Shown here piece by piece: positions 9,518-19,127 of a DNA stretch of 64,000 nucleotides (position 1 is its first letter; each line of letters begins with the position of its first letter). This stretch comes from an uncultured Acidobacteriota bacterium (GTDB taxonomy: Bacteria; Acidobacteriota; Thermoanaerobaculia; Multivoradales; UBA5704): contig OY969474.1 in the NCBI GenBank assembly GCA_963700145.1, forward strand, positions 1,920,001-1,984,000, in the 5' to 3' direction. The translations under genes were made by a program, and so were the position numbers. Under the pieces are notes generated by a model. The model ran no database searches. It was not told where the DNA came from and saw only the letters and a list, made by a program, of their open reading frames with translations.

Positions 9518-9934
9518 CTAGGCCTTCGCACCTGCCTTCGCCGGCGGGCCATTCCGGGCCACCGCGGCCTTCACCAGCGCCTTGAACGCGCGCGCGTCGA
9601 CCTTCTCCCCTTCGTGGATGTCGATCGCCCTTCGCGTGTTGCCTGTCAAGCTGGAATTGAAGAGGCGCGACGGGTCCGGGACGCCGGCCCCCCGGGCGAA
9701 CGTGAGCTTCACGACCTTCGTGTACGCCTCCCCGGTGCAGACGATCCCGTGGTGCGACCAGACCGGATTGCTCCACTTCCACTCCTCGGTCATCTCGGGG
9801 TCGGCTTCCAGGATCAGCGCCCGCATGCGGGCCAGGGTCTCCCCGCGCCATCCCTCCAGGTCGCGGATCCGCTGGTCGATGAGCCGGGAAGCGGGTTCCC
9901 CGGTCGCTGGCTCACGGCTCGTCATACCCGTCAC
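9518..9934 (-). CDS. DUF1801 (YdhG-like) domain protein
   Basis: WRGETLARMRALILEADPEMTEEWKW..PVW, KVVKLTFARGA..DP..LFNSSL.GNTRRAIDI; start may be ATG 9925. Confidence 0.85.
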   Translation of the reverse strand: MTGMTSREPATGEPASRLIDQRIRDLEGWRGETLARMRALILEADPEMTEEWKWSNPVWSHHGIVCTGEAYTKVVKLTFARGAGVPDPSRLFNSSLTGNTRRAIDIHEGEKVDARAFKALVKAAVARNGPPAKAGAKA

Positions 9935-9944
9935 GCGTTCCGGT

Positions 9945-12470
9945 CTAGCGCCCGATGCGGTAGTTCAGCCGGGCGAAGTAGTAGCCGCCGTTGATGCCGA
10001 AGGGCAGCGTCTCCCAGCCGTAGGTGAAGCCGAGCTGCGGGAAGGGGAAGGCGTTGACCGGGTCCCACTCGTCCGGGTACTCGTCGAAGATGTTGAGGCC
10101 GCCGATCGTGAACTTCAGGTCGTCGTTGATGTTGTAGCCGATCGACAGGTCGGTGAGCCACTTGGCGCCCCAGGTCTGGGTGAAGCCGGGGGTGAAGCCC
10201 TGGCCCGCTACCTCGCCGAAGTAGTTGAAGCGCAGGTTCGTCGTCCAGTCGCCGGCGTACCAGGTGCCGGAGAGGACGTAGTGCTCGCTCGGCTGCCCCT
10301 CCTCGAGGAGCGTCACCTGCGCGTTGTCGAAGAGCACCGGCGCCGGCAGGATGCTCGACGACGAGCGCCGTGCCGTCACCTCGGTGTCGTTGAAGTGGAA
10401 GGCGCCCTCGAGGCTGAGCAGCGAGTTGGCGCCGAGCGTCCAGTCGTAGAGGGCGACGACGTCGAGGCCGTCGGTCTGGGTGTCGATGGCGTTGGTGAAG
10501 AAGAGCACCTGGCCGACGTTGAGGCTGTTGAGGATGTTGTCGATCGCGGCCGACGTTCCCAGCCCGATGTTGCTCGAGAAGACGATGCGGTCGTCGATGT
10601 CGATGCGGTAGACGTCCACCGTCAGCCGGAAGTTCTCGCTCGGCTTGGCCACCAGGCCGAACGAGTAGCTCTGGGAGGTCTCCTCGTCGAGCGCCGGCAC
10701 GCCGAAGGCGCTGGTGACGGCGCCCCCCTGCCGCGCGGTCAGGGTGTCGGTCAGGATGCCGGCGGCGTTGAGGTTCGTGGACCGCTGGCTGAAGAACTGC
10801 TGCTGCACGCTGGGCGCGCGGAAGCCGGTCGAGAGCGTGCCGCGCAGCGAGACGCGGTCGCTGAGATCGAACCGTCCCGAGAGCTTGCCGTTGACCGTGC
10901 TGCCGAAGTCGGAGTAGTCCTCGAAGCGCAGCGCCAGGCCGGCGAGGAAGCGGTCGGAGATCGGCGACTCCAGGTCGAGGTAGAGCCCGGTGTTGTTGCG
11001 GTCGTCGTTCACCGCCTCGCGCGGCGACCAGCCGGGGAAGCCCTGCGTGCCGGGCTGGGCGAGGCTGCCGTCCTGGGCGAGGATGCGGATCGCGCGGTTG
11101 TCGGTGCGGCCGTACTCGTAGGAGGCCTCGTCGCCCGGCTCGATCTCGTACCCCTCCTCGCGGAACTCGGCGCCCAGGGCGACGAACAGCGGGCCGTCCC
11201 CGAACCCCCAGTCGACCTGGCCCCTGAAGTCGAGGTTCAAGGCGAGCTGGTCGAACTTGAGGGTGCCGGTGTCGGCGGCGAGCGGCGACGCGGCGAAGCG
11301 CGGGCCGGTCGGGTTGGCCGGGTTGGTCGGCTCGAACCAGTAGCTGACGTTGATCGTGTTCTCTTCGCGGAAGGCGAACTCGCTGGCGCCGTAGTTGGCG
11401 CTCAGGTCCCAGCTCCAGTCGCCGCCGCCGAGCGGCGCCTTGTAGCCGACGACGAGCGAGGTGTCGGTGGGCTCGGTGATGATCGTCGGCAGGAAGCCGT
11501 TGGGGTAGACCGCGGGCACGGTGCGGGCGTCGCCCGCGGTGCGGAAGAAGCCCGAGGAGTTGGTCTCGCGCTGCGAGTGCCCGCCGAAGGCGTAGAGGTC
11601 GCCGCCGCCGGCCGGGATCGAGGCGTTCAGCCAGAGCAGGGCGTCCTGGGCGTCGGAGTCGCCGATGCGCTGGGTCACCCGCGCCGGGGTGACGCGCAGC
11701 GAGTCCGGGCCGGCGCGGTTGGTCTCGCCGCGGTCGCGGTACTCGACGCTCAAGTTGAGGAAGCCCTCCGCGCCGAGCCCCCAGCCGGTGTTGACGGCGC
11801 CGCTCAGGACGTCGCCGTCGCCCTCGTAGGTCGAGCCCGCGTCGACGGTCAGGTCGGTGCGGTTGGTCTGGCTCTTGAGGATGATGTTGATGACCCCGGC
11901 GATGGCGTCGGAGCCGTACTGGGCGGCGGCGCCGTCGCGCAGCACCTCGATCCGCTCGATCGCCGAGGCGGGGATGGCGTTGATGTCGGTCCCCGACTCG
12001 CCGCGGGCGATGGTCTGCTGCACGTTGAGGTGGGCCGTGGTGTGCCGGCGCTTGCCGTTGACCAGGATCAGCACCTGGTCCGAGCCCAAGGCGCGCAGCG
12101 TCGCCGGCCGGATGGCGTCGGTGCCGTCGCTGATGTACGTCGTCGAGAAGTTGAACGACGGCGCCAGGAGCTGGAGGATCTTGCCGGTCTCGGTGGCGCC
12201 GCTCCGTTCGATGGCCTCGGCGTTGATGATGTCGACCGGCGATGGGGTGTCGGTCGCCGTCCGTCCTTCGACGCGCGTGCCGGTGACCGTGATCTCGTCG
12301 GTGACGACCCCTTCGACGCCCTCCTCCTCGGCGGCGGCCGCCTCCTCCTCCTGGGCCTCCTCGGCCGGGGGCTCCTGCTGCGCTAGGGCGGGGCCGCACG
12401 CCAGGGCCAGGACGAGGGCCGCGACGGCGAGCTTTCTCACGAGTTCAGACAACGATTCTGGGGTGGTCAT
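9945..12470 (-). CDS. TonB-dependent receptor
   Basis: Signal peptide, EITVTGTR, plug (LVNGKRRH, IERIEVLRDGAAAQYGSDAIAGVINIILK), STGFRAPS, C-terminal YYFARLNY. Start placed at ATG 12470. Confidence 0.93.
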   Translation of the reverse strand: MTTPESLSELVRKLAVAALVLALACGPALAQQEPPAEEAQEEEAAAAEEEGVEGVVTDEITVTGTRVEGRTATDTPSPVDIINAEAIERSGATETGKILQLLAPSFNFSTTYISDGTDAIRPATLRALGSDQVLILVNGKRRHTTAHLNVQQTIARGESGTDINAIPASAIERIEVLRDGAAAQYGSDAIAGVINIILKSQTNRTDLTVDAGSTYEGDGDVLSGAVNTGWGLGAEGFLNLSVEYRDRGETNRAGPDSLRVTPARVTQRIGDSDAQDALLWLNASIPAGGGDLYAFGGHSQRETNSSGFFRTAGDARTVPAVYPNGFLPTIITEPTDTSLVVGYKAPLGGGDWSWDLSANYGASEFAFREENTINVSYWFEPTNPANPTGPRFAASPLAADTGTLKFDQLALNLDFRGQVDWGFGDGPLFVALGAEFREEGYEIEPGDEASYEYGRTDNRAIRILAQDGSLAQPGTQGFPGWSPREAVNDDRNNTGLYLDLESPISDRFLAGLALRFEDYSDFGSTVNGKLSGRFDLSDRVSLRGTLSTGFRAPSVQQQFFSQRSTNLNAAGILTDTLTARQGGAVTSAFGVPALDEETSQSYSFGLVAKPSENFRLTVDVYRIDIDDRIVFSSNIGLGTSAAIDNILNSLNVGQVLFFTNAIDTQTDGLDVVALYDWTLGANSLLSLEGAFHFNDTEVTARRSSSSILPAPVLFDNAQVTLLEEGQPSEHYVLSGTWYAGDWTTNLRFNYFGEVAGQGFTPGFTQTWGAKWLTDLSIGYNINDDLKFTIGGLNIFDEYPDEWDPVNAFPFPQLGFTYGWETLPFGINGGYYFARLNYRIGR

Positions 12471-12546
12471 CGTTTCTGCCCTCCAAGGGATCACTGTGTT
12501 GTTCTGCGCTACCTTAGGACAAGGTGCGCGGGGGCGCAAATGGCGC

Positions 12547-14283
12547 TCAGGCCAGGGCGTCGACGCGGGAGCGCAGCCGCTCCAGGCCCTGCTGGACCTC
12601 CGCCAGCTCACTCTGGGAGGTCTCCAGCCGCTCGCGCTCGGCGCGCACGAAGCGGGTGTAGGGGGCGATCGACTCGAGGATCCGGTGGACGCTCGACTCG
12701 ATCTCGCGGTCGAACTGGCCGGTGAGGGAGCCCATGAGCTGCTCGCGCAGGGCGGCGATCTTCTGCCGCAGCTCGCGCTTGGCGTCGCGCCGGCGGTTGG
12801 GGATGATGAAGAATCCGAGCACCGCCACGACGCTCGCCGCCAGGATGCCCGTGGCGTCCACCGCCGCCGAGGCGGCGAGGTGGGTGATGATCGCGCCGAG
12901 GCCGATGGCGGTGACCTCGACCAGCGCCGTGCCCGCCACCGCCACCTGCACCGACTCGGCGATCCGGTTGGCCTCCCCCTCCCGGTCGTAGCTCTCGACC
13001 GAGCGCTGCGCCGCCCGCCCGACGGTGTCGAGGAGATGGGCGCGGTCGAAGTCGAAGCTCCGCCCCACCTGCCCGACGATGCGGTCGGCGTGCACCTGCC
13101 GGCGGCGCAGCAGGTGCTCGTTGATCGCCTGCCACTGCCGCAGGTCGCTCGCCACCAGCCAGTCGATCACCTCCCCCACCCGCCGCTCGATCCGCTGCGG
13201 CGTGTCGCCCACCACCTGGCGCTCGAACTCGGCCTTCATCCGCGCCTTGTTGAGCAGGTCGATCACCCGGCCGATGCGCATCGTCTCGTCGAAGAAGGCG
13301 ACTCCGCGGTTCTCGAACTCGTGGAGGATGGCGTCGACGTCGGCCAGGCGGAAGCGGAACTCGCGCCCCATGTCCTCCTGGTAAAGGGCGAGCTGGCGCT
13401 CGAGGTCCTCGAGGGTCGCGAAGTCGGCCTGCAGGAGATCCAGCCGGCCGCGGGCGATCTCCAGGTACTTGCCGACCAGGTGGAGCCCGACGCCCAGCGG
13501 GTTCATGAGCTTCAACCGCACCCGCTCCTTCTCGTCGAGCGTGTCGTGGACGTAGCGCTCGAGGGCGTCGAAGCGGCTGGCGGCGAGGAGCTGCGCGTCG
13601 CCCGCCTCCTTCGCCTTGAGCGCCTGGCGGGCCGAGACCGGGAAGATCTCGGGCGCGGCGCCGAGGAGAGCGCGCGAGTGCTCGGCGACGAAGGCGCGCA
13701 CCCGCTCGATGTCCTCGGCGCTGTCGAGGATGTCGATCTTGTTGATCACCACGACGACCTTCTTGCCCCAGTCGCGGATCCCCTCGAGGAAGCCGCGCTC
13801 GCTCTCGGTGAACGGGCGGTCGGCGGAGGTGACGAAGAGCACCATGTCCGAGCGCGGCACGAAGTCGCGGGTGATGGCCTCGTGCTCGCGCAGCACGGCG
13901 TTGGTGCCCGGGGTGTCGACGATGTGGATGTCGCGCAGCAGCTCGACGGGCGCCGTGACGCGGTCGACCTTCGACTCGGCGAAACCGCGCTCGTCGGCCT
14001 CGCCGTAGGTCAGGACGTGGATGCGGGTGGTGGTCGGGGTGACGCCTTCGTCGAGGACCTTCCTGCCGAGGAGGGCGTTGATGAAGGCGCTCTTGCCGGC
14101 GTTGAACTCGCCCGCCACCACCAGCAGGAAGAGCTCCTGGAGCTGCGCCAGCGAGCGCTGGATGGTGGCCTGGTCCTCGGCGGCGGCGTCGAAGTGCGCC
14201 AGCGCGCCCTGGAGCTCCGTGAGCAGCCGGCGGTTCTCGGCCAGCAGCTCGTCCTGCCGCTTGTTGAGGATTCGCCGCAGCAT
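12547..14283 (-). CDS. Bacterial dynamin-like GTPase
   Basis: GEFNAGKS (G1), GVTPTT (G2), DTPG (G3), NKID (G4), helical stalk and hydrophobic paddle near the C-terminus. Confidence 0.88.
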   Translation of the reverse strand: MLRRILNKRQDELLAENRRLLTELQGALAHFDAAAEDQATIQRSLAQLQELFLLVVAGEFNAGKSAFINALLGRKVLDEGVTPTTTRIHVLTYGEADERGFAESKVDRVTAPVELLRDIHIVDTPGTNAVLREHEAITRDFVPRSDMVLFVTSADRPFTESERGFLEGIRDWGKKVVVVINKIDILDSAEDIERVRAFVAEHSRALLGAAPEIFPVSARQALKAKEAGDAQLLAASRFDALERYVHDTLDEKERVRLKLMNPLGVGLHLVGKYLEIARGRLDLLQADFATLEDLERQLALYQEDMGREFRFRLADVDAILHEFENRGVAFFDETMRIGRVIDLLNKARMKAEFERQVVGDTPQRIERRVGEVIDWLVASDLRQWQAINEHLLRRRQVHADRIVGQVGRSFDFDRAHLLDTVGRAAQRSVESYDREGEANRIAESVQVAVAGTALVEVTAIGLGAIITHLAASAAVDATGILAASVVAVLGFFIIPNRRRDAKRELRQKIAALREQLMGSLTGQFDREIESSVHRILESIAPYTRFVRAERERLETSQSELAEVQQGLERLRSRVDALA

Positions 14284-14360
14284 CGCCGCCCCGCCCGCGG
14301 CAGGGTAGCACGGGGTGTGCCACCCCAGGCGGCGGTCAGCCGCCGTGTCCGATCAGGTGC

Positions 14361-15461
14361 TCAGTTGCCGGCGACCGCGGCGCGCAGCAGCCGGCGGCGG
14401 AGGCCGCGGTAGGGCTGGTTGCAGGCGAGGAGGTCGGCGAGGACGCGGCGGACGGCGGGGTGGAGGCGGCAGAGGGGCACCATCCACTGGCCGACGGGCT
14501 CCTCGAAGAAGAGCGTGCGGGCGCGGTGGGCGCGCGCCATCTCGGCGGCGAGCTCGCCCTCCAGCCGCCGCGGATAGGTCTCCGGCCGCTCCGCGAGCAG
14601 CGCTTCGGCCGCCCACTGGCCCGACAGCGCGGCGTAGCGGATCCCCTCGCGGGTGAGCGGGTCGGCCAGCGCCGCGGCGTCGCCGGCGAGGAGCACCCGC
14701 CGTTCGAGCGCGCGCCGCACCGCGGGCAGCGTCCAGGGGCCGAAGACCGGGATCGGGTAGCGGTAGCGCGGCCCGGGCAGCTCGCGCCACCCCGGCAAAT
14801 GGCGGTCGAGAAACGCGTCGAGCAGCCCGCGCGCCGCGCCCCCCGAAAGCGCCGCGTCGCTGTAGGCGATCCCCACCGAGACGCCGCCCGGGCGGGGGAA
14901 GATCCAGAGATAGCCGTCCGCCACGCCGGCGATGGCCAGCACCAACCGCCGCCAGTCGATCCCGGAAAGCGAAGCACCGAGCCCGACACTGTCTCCCTCC
15001 GGCGCCAGCCCGAGCGCCCGCCGTACCCGCCCCCGCGCCCCGTCGGCCGCGATCACCCAAGGGTAAGCCCGCCGCTCACCCCCGGCCTCGACCGCCACCG
15101 ACCCGTTCGCCCACTCCAGCCCCTCGACCCTGGCGCCGACCACCCGCGCCCCAGCCCCCACCGCCGCCGCGACCAGCGCCCCGTCCAGATCGCCCCGCCG
15201 AAAGATCCGCAGCCCCTCGACCGCCAGCTCCACCCGCCCCCCCAACCCGTTCTCGACCACGATCTCCGGATCCACCACCGAAGCCAGCCCCCCCGCCTCG
15301 AACCCCTCCAGCCGCGGCAGCAAATGCGCCGGCACCGCCCCCCCGCAAGGCTTCTCGCCCGGGCGCGACGGGCGGTAGAGGTCTACCTCCGCTCCCCCGC
15401 GCGCCAAGCGCAGGGCTGCCGCGCCGGCGGCCGGCCCCCCGCCGATTACACCCACTCTCAT
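14361..15461 (-). CDS. Geranylgeranyl-reductase-family FAD-dependent oxidoreductase
   Basis: MRVGVIGGGPAAG, EKPCGG, IAADGA, GYLWIFP, LAGDAAALADPLTREGIRYA. Confidence 0.85.
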   Translation of the reverse strand: MRVGVIGGGPAAGAAALRLARGGAEVDLYRPSRPGEKPCGGAVPAHLLPRLEGFEAGGLASVVDPEIVVENGLGGRVELAVEGLRIFRRGDLDGALVAAAVGAGARVVGARVEGLEWANGSVAVEAGGERRAYPWVIAADGARGRVRRALGLAPEGDSVGLGASLSGIDWRRLVLAIAGVADGYLWIFPRPGGVSVGIAYSDAALSGGAARGLLDAFLDRHLPGWRELPGPRYRYPIPVFGPWTLPAVRRALERRVLLAGDAAALADPLTREGIRYAALSGQWAAEALLAERPETYPRRLEGELAAEMARAHRARTLFFEEPVGQWMVPLCRLHPAVRRVLADLLACNQPYRGLRRRLLRAAVAGN

Positions 15462-15476
15462 GTAAGCGATTCTAGG

Positions 15477-15515
15477 GCCGCCCCCGCCCAGATCCTTCGC
15501 TTCGCTCAGGATGAC
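15477..15515 (-). repeat. REP-like palindromic repeat, copy 1 (GTCATCCTGAGCGAAGCGAAGGATCTGGGCGGGGGCGGC on - strand)
   Basis: 39 bp, one mismatch to the copy at 29034-29072. Confidence 0.85.
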
Positions 15516-15550
15516 AAGGAGGCGACCTGAGTGGGAAGCGCGTGGGGGGA

Positions 15551-15718
15551 AGCCCGGCGGCGGGCGCTCCCCGGAGGAAGCTCTGAGCGAGCGCCTGGCA
15601 AGGCCCTCCGCAGTCCACCGCCACCCCGGCGCAAAGCGAAGCGCAGGCGCGCGCCTCAGATCCCGAAGTCCACAAAACGCGCGCGCCGGTTCCTCCGGGG
15701 AGCGCCCGCCGCCGGGCT
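15551..15718. repeat. Perfect 29-bp inverted repeat enclosing about 110 bp (MITE-like)
   Basis: AGCCCGGCGGCGGGCGCTCCCCGGAGGAA at 15551-15579 and its exact reverse complement at 15690-15718. Confidence 0.8.
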
Positions 15719-15767
15719 GGGCGGGGGCTGCGGCCGAGAAAAAAACGCCCGGCACGTAGGCCGGGCG

Positions 15768-16568
15768 CTACTCCGTCTCGGTTTCGTCCTCTTCTTCGTC
15801 GCCCTCTTCCGGCTCCTCGATCCCCAGCAGCACCACCGTCACGTTGTCGAACCCCCCGCGCGCATTCGCATCCGCCACCAACCCGCGGCAAGCCTCCTCC
15901 AACGTCCGCCCCCTCCCCAACCGCTCCCGGATGTCCTTGTCCGCCAACATCGTCGTCAACCCGTCCGAACAGAGCAGATAAAGGTCCCCCGCCTGCACCT
16001 CCACCTCCCGCACGTCCACCACCACCTCGCTCTCCCCCCCCAGTGCCCGCGTCACCACGTTCTTGAGAGGGTGCGTCCGCGCCTGGTCCTCCCGCAGGAA
16101 CCCCGCCACCACCTGCTCGTGCACCCACGTGTGGTCCTGCGTCAGCTGGTCCAGCGTGCCGTTGCGGAAGCGGTACGCCCGGCTGTCCCCGACGTGCGCC
16201 ACCGCCGCCACCGAGCCGCGGAGGAAAAACCCCACCACCGTCGTCCCCATCCCGTGCAGCGTGCGGTCGTCGCGGATCGCCCGCAGCACCTTGTCGTGCG
16301 CCAGGCGCACCGCCGTCTTGAGCAGGTTCGAGTGCCGCTGCAGCCGCGAGTCGTAGACGAACGGCCAGGTCGTGTCGTGGTCGAGCGACTTGTCGATGAA
16401 ATCGCGGATCGCGTCCACCGCGATCTGCGCCGCCACCTCGCCGTGGCTGTGCCCGCCCATGCCGTCGGCCACCACGAAAAGGCCGCGCGGGTGGTCGAGC
16501 CCGAACGTGTCCTCGTTGTGGGCCCGCGCCAGCCCCACGTCCGAGACGCCGCAGGCGCGCACCCGCAT
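15768..16568 (-). CDS. PP2C-type Ser/Thr protein phosphatase (Stp1/IreP family)
   Basis: SDVGLARAHNED, VADGMGGH, MGTT, AHVGDSRAY, LCSDGL, GGFDNVTV. Confidence 0.93.
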   Translation of the reverse strand: MRVRACGVSDVGLARAHNEDTFGLDHPRGLFVVADGMGGHSHGEVAAQIAVDAIRDFIDKSLDHDTTWPFVYDSRLQRHSNLLKTAVRLAHDKVLRAIRDDRTLHGMGTTVVGFFLRGSVAAVAHVGDSRAYRFRNGTLDQLTQDHTWVHEQVVAGFLREDQARTHPLKNVVTRALGGESEVVVDVREVEVQAGDLYLLCSDGLTTMLADKDIRERLGRGRTLEEACRGLVADANARGGFDNVTVVLLGIEEPEEGDEEEDETETE

Positions 16569-17206
16569 CAGCCGGCCTTCCCGAAGATGCCGCTCGTCCG
16601 CCGCCCCCGCTTGCGCAACGCCTCCAGCGCCTCGCGCAACGCCGGCTCGTCGCCCCCCCACTCCAGCGCCTGCTCGTAGTAGCGCTCGGCGTCGGCCGCC
16701 TTCCCGCACAGCTCGGCGATGCGGCCGGCGAGCTTGAAGTAGTCGGGGTTCATCGTCTCCAACTCGCAGGCGCGGACGATCGCGGCCAACGCACGGGCGT
16801 GCCAGCGGCTCTGCTGGCTGCAGGCGAGGGCCAGGTGGTGCCAGGCCTTGGCGCTCGTCGGCTCGGCCTGCGTGGCGCGGTCGAAGTTCTCCGCCGCCTC
16901 GAGGAAGTTGCGCTCCTTGTAGGCCTTGACCCCGCGCTGCATGAACATCCGGCTGGTCTGGCGGGGGTCGGCCGACTGCTCCTGGGGGCGCGCCAGCTCG
17001 AGGTCGTGCTGGCGGCGCCGCTCGTCGTCGCTCAAGACGTTGGCGGCCTGGGTGATCTCCTGGAACTCCACCTCCGCCGCCGCCTTCGCCTCCCCGGCGA
17101 AGCGGTCGGGGTGGCGCTCGCGCGCGAGCTCGCGGAAACGCTGGCGGATCTGCTCCTCGGTCGCCGTGCGCTGCAGGCCGAGGACGGCGTAGAAATCCCT
17201 GCGCAT
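16568..17206 (-). CDS. J-domain + TPR protein
   Basis: MRRDFYAVLGL...RERHPDRF (HPD motif), followed by TPR-like helices. Confidence 0.85.
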   Translation of the reverse strand: MRRDFYAVLGLQRTATEEQIRQRFRELARERHPDRFAGEAKAAAEVEFQEITQAANVLSDDERRRQHDLELARPQEQSADPRQTSRMFMQRGVKAYKERNFLEAAENFDRATQAEPTSAKAWHHLALACSQQSRWHARALAAIVRACELETMNPDYFKLAGRIAELCGKAADAERYYEQALEWGGDEPALREALEALRKRGRRTSGIFGKAG

Positions 17207-17217
17207 AGATCGTGGGG

Positions 17218-18222
17218 TTACTGTTGCCTCATTGTATACAAGCGCTGGGCGGCCGCACGCACGGGCGCCGTGGTGTTGCGGCTGCGGGAGAGGTCGCGCA
17301 GGTCGCGGATGTTGAGGCGCCCGATGAGCCGCAGCGCCACCCCCGCCGGGGTGCGCGGGTTCTGCACTAAAGCCTTGAGGATCGGGTACTTGGCGATCCA
17401 ATCCCGCCGCCGCCCGATCTCCATCAACACCTCCTCGGGGACCAGGCGGTTGTTGGCGATCTGCTCGATCTCGTGCTCGTCGAGGGTGTTGTGCTCCATC
17501 ACCGCCATGGCCACCAGCGGGTTGGTGTCGCGGATCAGGAAGTTGCGCAGGATGCGGGTGGCGCCGCGCGCCAGCTTGAGCCGCTCCGGCACCGGCAGGT
17601 TGCGGATCTCCCACTCGGTCAGGCCGGCCCCGCCCGCGGGCTCCGCCTCCTCGGCCGCCGCCGCAGCGGCGGCCGCCGCCGCGGCCTCCTCGGCCGCCTC
17701 CTCGGCGGTCGGTGCCGCCGCGGCGCGCGGCAGGAGGTGCTCGCGGTACTCGTCGATGCGCCGCCGGGCGTAGGGGGTGAGCCGGGGGTTCTCCTCCAGC
17801 GCCTCGAGGATCGCCGGCAGCTCGCGGATCGCGTCCTGGCGCAGCAGGAGGACCTCCTGCAGCTCCGGCCCGCAGCGGCGGGCCAAGGCGGCCAGGAGCG
17901 GGCGCGGGACGTCCCGCCGGCGCACGATGCTCTCGAGGATCTCGAAGCCGGCGGCGCGCTCGGCGAACCAGGCCAGCGTCTCCGCGTCCGCCGCCTCGGC
18001 GAGGAACGGGGCGGCGAGACGCGGATCGAGCCGCGCGAGGGCGTCGGCCGCGACGCCGGCGATCTCGGCCTCGCCGCCGCGCGCCAGGGCGACCTGGAGC
18101 GGGATCAGCTCTTCGGGAGGGAGCGGCAGGAGGCCGGCCGCCGCCAGCCGCCGGAGGTGCGGCTCCCCCCCCGCCCGCACTCGCTCGACGAGGGAGGCCT
18201 GGCTGTCGGCGGGCCCGGTCAC
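17218..18222 (-). CDS. Conserved helical-repeat hypothetical protein
   Basis: Codon-biased ORF; C-terminal ERLKLA..RNFLIRDTN..LVQNPRTP..LRDLSRSRN pattern. GTG start overlaps the upstream TGA. Confidence 0.7.
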   Translation of the reverse strand: MTGPADSQASLVERVRAGGEPHLRRLAAAGLLPLPPEELIPLQVALARGGEAEIAGVAADALARLDPRLAAPFLAEAADAETLAWFAERAAGFEILESIVRRRDVPRPLLAALARRCGPELQEVLLLRQDAIRELPAILEALEENPRLTPYARRRIDEYREHLLPRAAAAPTAEEAAEEAAAAAAAAAAAEEAEPAGGAGLTEWEIRNLPVPERLKLARGATRILRNFLIRDTNPLVAMAVMEHNTLDEHEIEQIANNRLVPEEVLMEIGRRRDWIAKYPILKALVQNPRTPAGVALRLIGRLNIRDLRDLSRSRNTTAPVRAAAQRLYTMRQQ

Positions 18223-19070
18223 TGCGGCAGGCGCTCGGCGGGCAACCGTGCAGCGCCGCCGGCGGCGACACGCCGCGCCATCTCGAGGTCGATCACCAGG
18301 TCCTTGACCCGGGTGTCGGTCGGCCCCCACAGGCGGAGCGGCTGGCCGTTGAGCTGCGCCTGCACGCCCTTGGCGTTGCCGAGCTCGAGCAGGATCTCTT
18401 TCTGCGCCTGGAGCTGGAGCGACTCGCCCTGGACCCGCAGCTCGGCGATCCGCCTGGTGCCGTCGATAGTCAGCTCCACCCAACACTCCTCGACGAAGTC
18501 GAGGGTCAGCTCGATCGGCGCCCGCGGCCGGTCGGGGGGCGGCGGCGGGGGCGCCGTCGTGGCGCGCGCGGTGGCCGGGGCGGCGATCGGCGGCGGCTGC
18601 TCGGCGGCCGTGCGCTCGCGCCGCCTTTCCGCCCAGTAGGCGAGCGCCGCCACTAGCCCGAGCAGGAGCAGCGCCGCCAGCGCCAGCAGCAGCATCTGCA
18701 CCAGGCTCCGCCCCCGGCCGCTGCGCTCGCGCGCCACGACCGGTTCGGCGTCGCCGGCCGGCGGCTGGTGGACGGCCAGGAAGTGGTTCACCACCTCGTC
18801 CGGAGAGAGCCCGACGTGGCGGGCGTACTCCTTCAGGAACCCCTTGGCGAAGATCGGCGCCGGGAGGATGTCGAAGCGGTCGTCCTCCATCGCTTCGAGG
18901 TAGCGGAGGCTGATCTTGGTGCGCTCGGCGATGTCGCGCAGGTCGACGCCGCGCATCTCGCGCTGGCGGCGCAGCCAGGTGCCGAAGGAGACGGGTTCGG
19001 CGTCCACGTCCTTGCCCCAGGGCGGGGGCCGGTTCTCGAACCTGGAGGAATCGCTCGGCACGCGGACCAT
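18219..19070 (-). CDS. rodZ: RodZ-like HTH membrane protein (HTH_25 + DUF4115)
   Basis: FGTWLRRQREMRG..IAERTKIS.RYLEAME..P..FAKGFLKEYARHVGL, one TM helix, CWVELTIDG...LGNA; start uncertain. Confidence 0.8.
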   Translation of the reverse strand: MVRVPSDSSRFENRPPPWGKDVDAEPVSFGTWLRRQREMRGVDLRDIAERTKISLRYLEAMEDDRFDILPAPIFAKGFLKEYARHVGLSPDEVVNHFLAVHQPPAGDAEPVVARERSGRGRSLVQMLLLALAALLLLGLVAALAYWAERRRERTAAEQPPPIAAPATARATTAPPPPPPDRPRAPIELTLDFVEECWVELTIDGTRRIAELRVQGESLQLQAQKEILLELGNAKGVQAQLNGQPLRLWGPTDTRVKDLVIDLEMARRVAAGGAARLPAERLPQ

Positions 19071-19127
19071 GACTCTACTACCCCTCCCCCCCGGATGAAA
19101 CGGCATTTGTTATCTTGCCGCTCCGCC

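Noticed and set aside
8976-9851. ORFs crossing the 9.15-kb array (VLNLR / SSTYA repeats)
   Set aside because: Spacings of 41 and 43 bp shift the frame between copies, and the longest ORFs overlap real genes.
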